Assembly: GCF_004010195.1 (NCBI RefSeq)
Contig: NC_057719.1
Location: forward strand, 17,780,165-17,843,890
Direction: 5' to 3'
Source: Chiloscyllium plagiosum
Lineage: Eukaryota
Length of the DNA stretch: 63,726 bases
The translations under genes and the position numbers were made by a program. Below are positions 59,714 through 63,726 of the stretch, one piece after another. The notes beneath the pieces are model-generated. The model worked only from the letters and a program-made list of their open reading frames with translations. It ran no database searches and had not been told where the DNA came from. Positions within the stretch are counted from its first letter, which is position 1. Each line of letters starts with the position of its first letter.

Positions 59714-60857
59714 TAAGATTGTTGGTAGTGTAGATGAGCAGAAGGGTCTTGGTGTCCATGTACACAGATTCCTAAAAGTTGCCACCCAGGTTGATAGGGT
59801 TGTTAAGAAAGCGTATGGTGTGTTAGCTTTTATTAGTAGAGGGATCGAGTTTCAGAACCATGAGGTCATGCTGCAGCTGGAACAAACTCTGGTGCGGCCG
59901 CAGTTCTAATCACCGCATTACAGGAAGGATGTGGAAGCTTTGGAAAAGATTCAGAGGAGATTTACTGGGATGTTGCCTGGTCTGGAGGGAAGGTCTTATG
60001 AGGAAAGGCTGAGGGACTTGAGGCTGTTTTTATTAGAGAGAAGAAGGCTGAGAGGTGACTTAATTGAGACATATAGGATAATCAGAGGGTTGGATTGGGA
60101 GAACAGTGAGAGCGTTTTTCCTCGGATGGTGATGGCAAGCACAAGAGGACATAGCTTTAAATTAAGGTGTGGTAGATATTGGACAGATGTCAGAGGTGGT
60201 TTCTTTACTCAGGAGCGTGGAACACACTGCCTGCAACAGTAGTAGACTTGTCAACTTTAACGGCATTTAAATGGTCATTGGATAGACATATGGACGAGAA
60301 TGGAATCCTGTAGGTTAGATTGGTTTCAGATCGGTTTCATAGGTCAGCACAACATCAAGGGCCAAAGGGCCTGTACTGTGTTGTAATGTTCTATGTTCTA
60401 CTGTATAAATGGATAGAGTATGTGACCCCCCCCAACTTGTACGCCAACAATGCAAAGAACCCCTTACAACATCTAACCAAAATGTCAACCTAACCTCCTA
60501 TAAAATCCAAATCCATCACTGTTCATTCATTTACCTAATTTCAAGGTTTCACAGCTTGGTGACTACTTAAACTTGGTTGTTGTAGCTTTTTCACGGAAAG
60601 ACAAATTTATTGTTGACGTTCTATACGATTTCCTAACTTTATATTGTCAGTGTACTTATTTTTATGGGAATGTGTACCCCACACCCTCCTCCATGAATGT
60701 AACCCCTAGTTATAACATTGTGTGTATGGGAAATTATGTTTCATTTAATGTTGAGTTTTCCAGGAACTAATTTTGAATGCTCAGCAAGGACTTACTCTGT
60801 TTGCACATGAGTTGCATTCCTTTGTTTAAATTTATCTTCTCTGGAGTTGTGGAGGAA

Positions 60858-61215
60858 CTAGCATTTATTGTCCTTTTCCAGTTGAGTGTTGGTGGGTCAT
60901 CTTCTAAGTAGGAATTGGATGAACTGGGTGCCTTCCTAGGCCCATTAATAATGGTCTGGGACTAGAAACATATGTGGGCCAAACCAGCTAAGGGAAACAG
61001 ATTAATTTGACTAAAGGTATTAAGGAACCCAGTCAAAAATTTAGATCAGTTTGAAAAGTTCCTGGTCATTTTTACTGATAACACTTTTAATTTTCAGATT
61101 TTTAAAACTACCAGTAAAACACTAAAAATTTACAAAACCACAGTTGGAAATAAATCCACATTTTCTAGATTATTAGCCGAGACACCTGGATTATTTGCTG
61201 TATTACATAGTTGTG
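60858..61215 (-). mobile_element. Degenerate tRNA-headed SINE related to 10466-10730
   Basis: agcatttattgtcc...acatatgtgggccaaaccagctaaggg...cagatttttaaaact...ctagattattag. Confidence 0.5.
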
Positions 61216-61906
61216 ACATAACCCCATACGTACATCTACAGGGTACACACAAATAATATGCTTAGGAGTGAGGAGATGTCTGTGATGCTACTTCTATGAA
61301 GCGTTAGGTTAGGTGCTAAGACTGCCAATGGCTTTGCAATCCTATCTCCAATCCAAAGCTTCTCTGTGATCATGTATTCTTTATTAGGAGCAGAATAGCA
61401 CAGAACCATTTCTCTGGGATTGCAGAGAGGTGCAGCCGTAGTCCTACGAATTTCAAATTGTTATCGTGTCCAGCTAACCTTATGACCAACAGCTAGTTAG
61501 AACATTCGAGGTAAGGATTTGAAGATGAAAACATACAGAGAAGTTATAGAAGAGAATTTGTCGAGAAATTATATTACAATCAGGCGATGTCAATCAAGCA
61601 AAGGACCTTCTTCTGGCCTGGCCTTTATTTGCCTACTGTGATTTTTGCCGTGTCAGTGTTGCTAAACCCACAAAGACTATTTGAAATGGTGTAATCTGGA
61701 GTGAATATTGGCTGTTGGTTGTTCTAAGGGCATTTTGAGAGAAGCATATCATTATTGTCCATGAACCATTTAAAGCTGAACATGACGTGGCCACAAGGTT
61801 GTTTACACGATCTTTACCCCCATACACCCCCATCCCCAACAGACTTCAGTCCCCCAGGCACATGTTGTTCGGCCTTGCAATAGTGAGATTGTGTAATGCA
61901 ATTTTG

Positions 61907-62145
61907 TAAAGATTTATAGCACAGGAGGTCATTCAATTGGAACAGTCCAAAACTAACTCTACTGGCCTGTGCTTTCCCTGTAGCTCTCTCTCTGCTTCAA
62001 ATATTTCTTCAGTATTCCCCTAAAAGACTTTGTTCCTGTCTTAATTCCTTCTGATGGCAAAGCAATCAAATATCCTTTGCATAAAACTTTTTTTCCAAGC
62101 CACCTTCCTTGCTCTCTTTGTGACCAGTTTAAATTGATGACTCCT
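61907..62145 (-). mobile_element. Old CR1 3' fragment
   Basis: gatttatagcacaggaggtcattc...ctttccctgtagc...cttcaaatattt. Confidence 0.45.
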
Positions 62146-62904
62146 TGTTACGGAGGAAAGAGTCTAATATATATTGCCAGCTTTGGTATCACACCACTAA
62201 CTTAATGTACAAATTTATATGGAACAACTTGATGGTCTGGAAAATGTTAGGAAACACAACACAGGTAAAATCATTGAGAAAGACCACAGAAAGAACCACC
62301 TCACAGGAACACAGCAATGACCCTAAACTTTGGTTGATTGAAGCAGTCAGGTTGTTCATATCTGGCTTCACACCTCCATTGTTTTTTGGTGACTATGCGT
62401 TAACTGAGCTGTTTAATGGAAAGCGAAATATATCATTAAAAAAAAACAACATGTTAATAACCCGTTGCTGCTCTGATGGACTCTTTCATTGTAGCCTGAT
62501 GAAAAGAAAGCTTATCACTCAGTAGCTAGCCTGTGCCTCTTAATTACTGCAGCACTGACATTTTTATATACTGTGGCTCATAGCCCGCACAGCTGATAGC
62601 CCTAATGTGCATGACCATGACAACTGTTCAGCTCAAAACAGAGTACCAAGGCTTGTTTTCTCAATTCATTTCTGGCTGGTTTCTCCCTTCATTCACACTG
62701 CTGTTCAAAGGTAGGAGCGTTCTCCTGGATTCCCCAGTAGTGCAGGCATCTCTCTTAGCTGTCCTGTCTCAGCTGTGATGTCCCGGTATTGAATTGCACT
62801 GGTGGACAAAAGGTTGGCAGCAGAGCACTTTGGAAGCAAGTAAGATCCAGTGCATTTCGAGAGCCACCTGCCACCTCAAACTGATCTGCCTTCCCACCGT
62901 TATA

Positions 62905-63243
62905 GAACTTGGTGGTTTATTAAAGATCATTAAAAATGGTAGGATCAATGACCGGGGAGGGGGCAGGGGGCATAGGTTTAAGGTAAGAGGGAGAAGGTTT
63001 AGAGTAGATATGAGAAATACAACTTTTCACCTGCAGGGTGGTGGTAATCTGGAACTCGCGACCTATAATGACAAAAACCTTCATCATCTTTAAGAAGTAT
63101 TTAGATGTGCATTTGTGATGCCAGGCCATAGAGCTCTATGGATCAAGTCTGTGGAAAATGAGATTAGAATAATTAGGTGGTTGTTTTTGCCCGACACCGA
63201 CACAATAGGCAGAGGGTCTTTTTCTGTGCTGTAACTCTCTATG
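62905..63243 (+). mobile_element. CR1 3' fragment
   Basis: RGHRFKVRGRRFRVDMR (ORF 62794) and tail agggtctttttctgtgctgtaactctctatg. Confidence 0.8.
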
Positions 63244-63254
63244 GCGGATGACTC

Positions 63255-63726
63255 TGTGGCATGGCAGGTTGAGAAAGCAGCTACTAAGGCAAAGGCAAGA
63301 ATTTCATAAATGAGGTCACATCGTACAAAAGCAACAAAGTTACTGATGAACCTGTAAAAAGTACTGGTTTGGCTTCAGATGGAGTCTTTTGCCCGTTTCT
63401 GGACACCATGCGTTAGAAAAGATGTGAGGGTAGAAAAACGATTCATGAGAATGATTCCAGGATTGAGAGACTTCAGCTACATGTATAGATTGGAGAAACT
63501 GGGGGTGTTCTTCTCAGCTAATGAATGGGGTGCTCTAAATCATGAAGGTAGAGTAAATAGGGATGAACTGATCTTATTGCTGGGAGCATCAAGGACTAGA
63601 TGGTACCAATTTAGGGTGATTTGAAAAGAAGAAATGGTGACATGAGTGAAAACCTGTTTGGTTAGGATCTGCGGAGAGTGTGGTAGGTTCATTGTGGCTT
63701 TCAGAAGAGAATTGGGCAACTCCTGA
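63255..63726 (+). mobile_element. Degenerate CR1 ORF2 C-terminal fragment, runs off the window
   Basis: FWTPCVRKDV.VEKRFMRMIPGLRDFSY..RLEKLG (ORF 63379). Confidence 0.8.

Larger units (their letters stand above)
57684..60403 (+). mobile_element. CR1 LINE, ~2.7 kb, 5'-truncated, disrupted ORF2 (APE C-terminus, RT, C-terminus, 3'UTR)
   Basis: APE motifs VMGDFNFP and GDSDH; PGNYRPVSLTSVVGK, QHGF, PQGSVL, SKFADD, RLRGDLIE; multiple stops and frameshifts; tail (tgttcta)n. The 8-mer ttctactg occurs at both ends. Confidence 0.97.

Noticed and set aside
57739..60242. Cluster of ORFs as an active LINE
   Set aside because: It is 5'-truncated with many stops and frameshifts and a nested insertion.

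Overview
Repeat-rich, essentially non-coding vertebrate DNA. The repeat content points to a shark (elasmobranch), possibly a bamboo/carpet shark; the taxon is inferred from HE1 V-SINEs, HER1/CR1 LINEs, SacSINE1-like Deu-SINEs, L2 tails and Penelope-derived elements. I recognise no host protein-coding exon. Every ORF with recognisable homology is a broken CR1 ORF2 piece, and a short Penelope GIY-YIG remnant lies at 2388. The window is probably part of a large intron or regulatory desert, with several candidate conserved non-coding elements and one 280-N assembly gap (4313-4592). The most notable signal is a set of short Penelope-type elements, mostly fold-backs, carrying minimal hammerhead-ribozyme cores whose stem III is a self-complementary 4-mer that differs between families (ACGU versus AGCU). 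One copy is nested in another with clean target-site duplications (TSDs). Also notable are locally templated duplications (an exact 82-bp repeat around a 3'-truncated SINE head, and an 85-bp repeat) and a MER3/Charlie-like hAT terminus. Repeat family names come from recalled consensus sequences, not database searches, and boundaries of old repeats are approximate.
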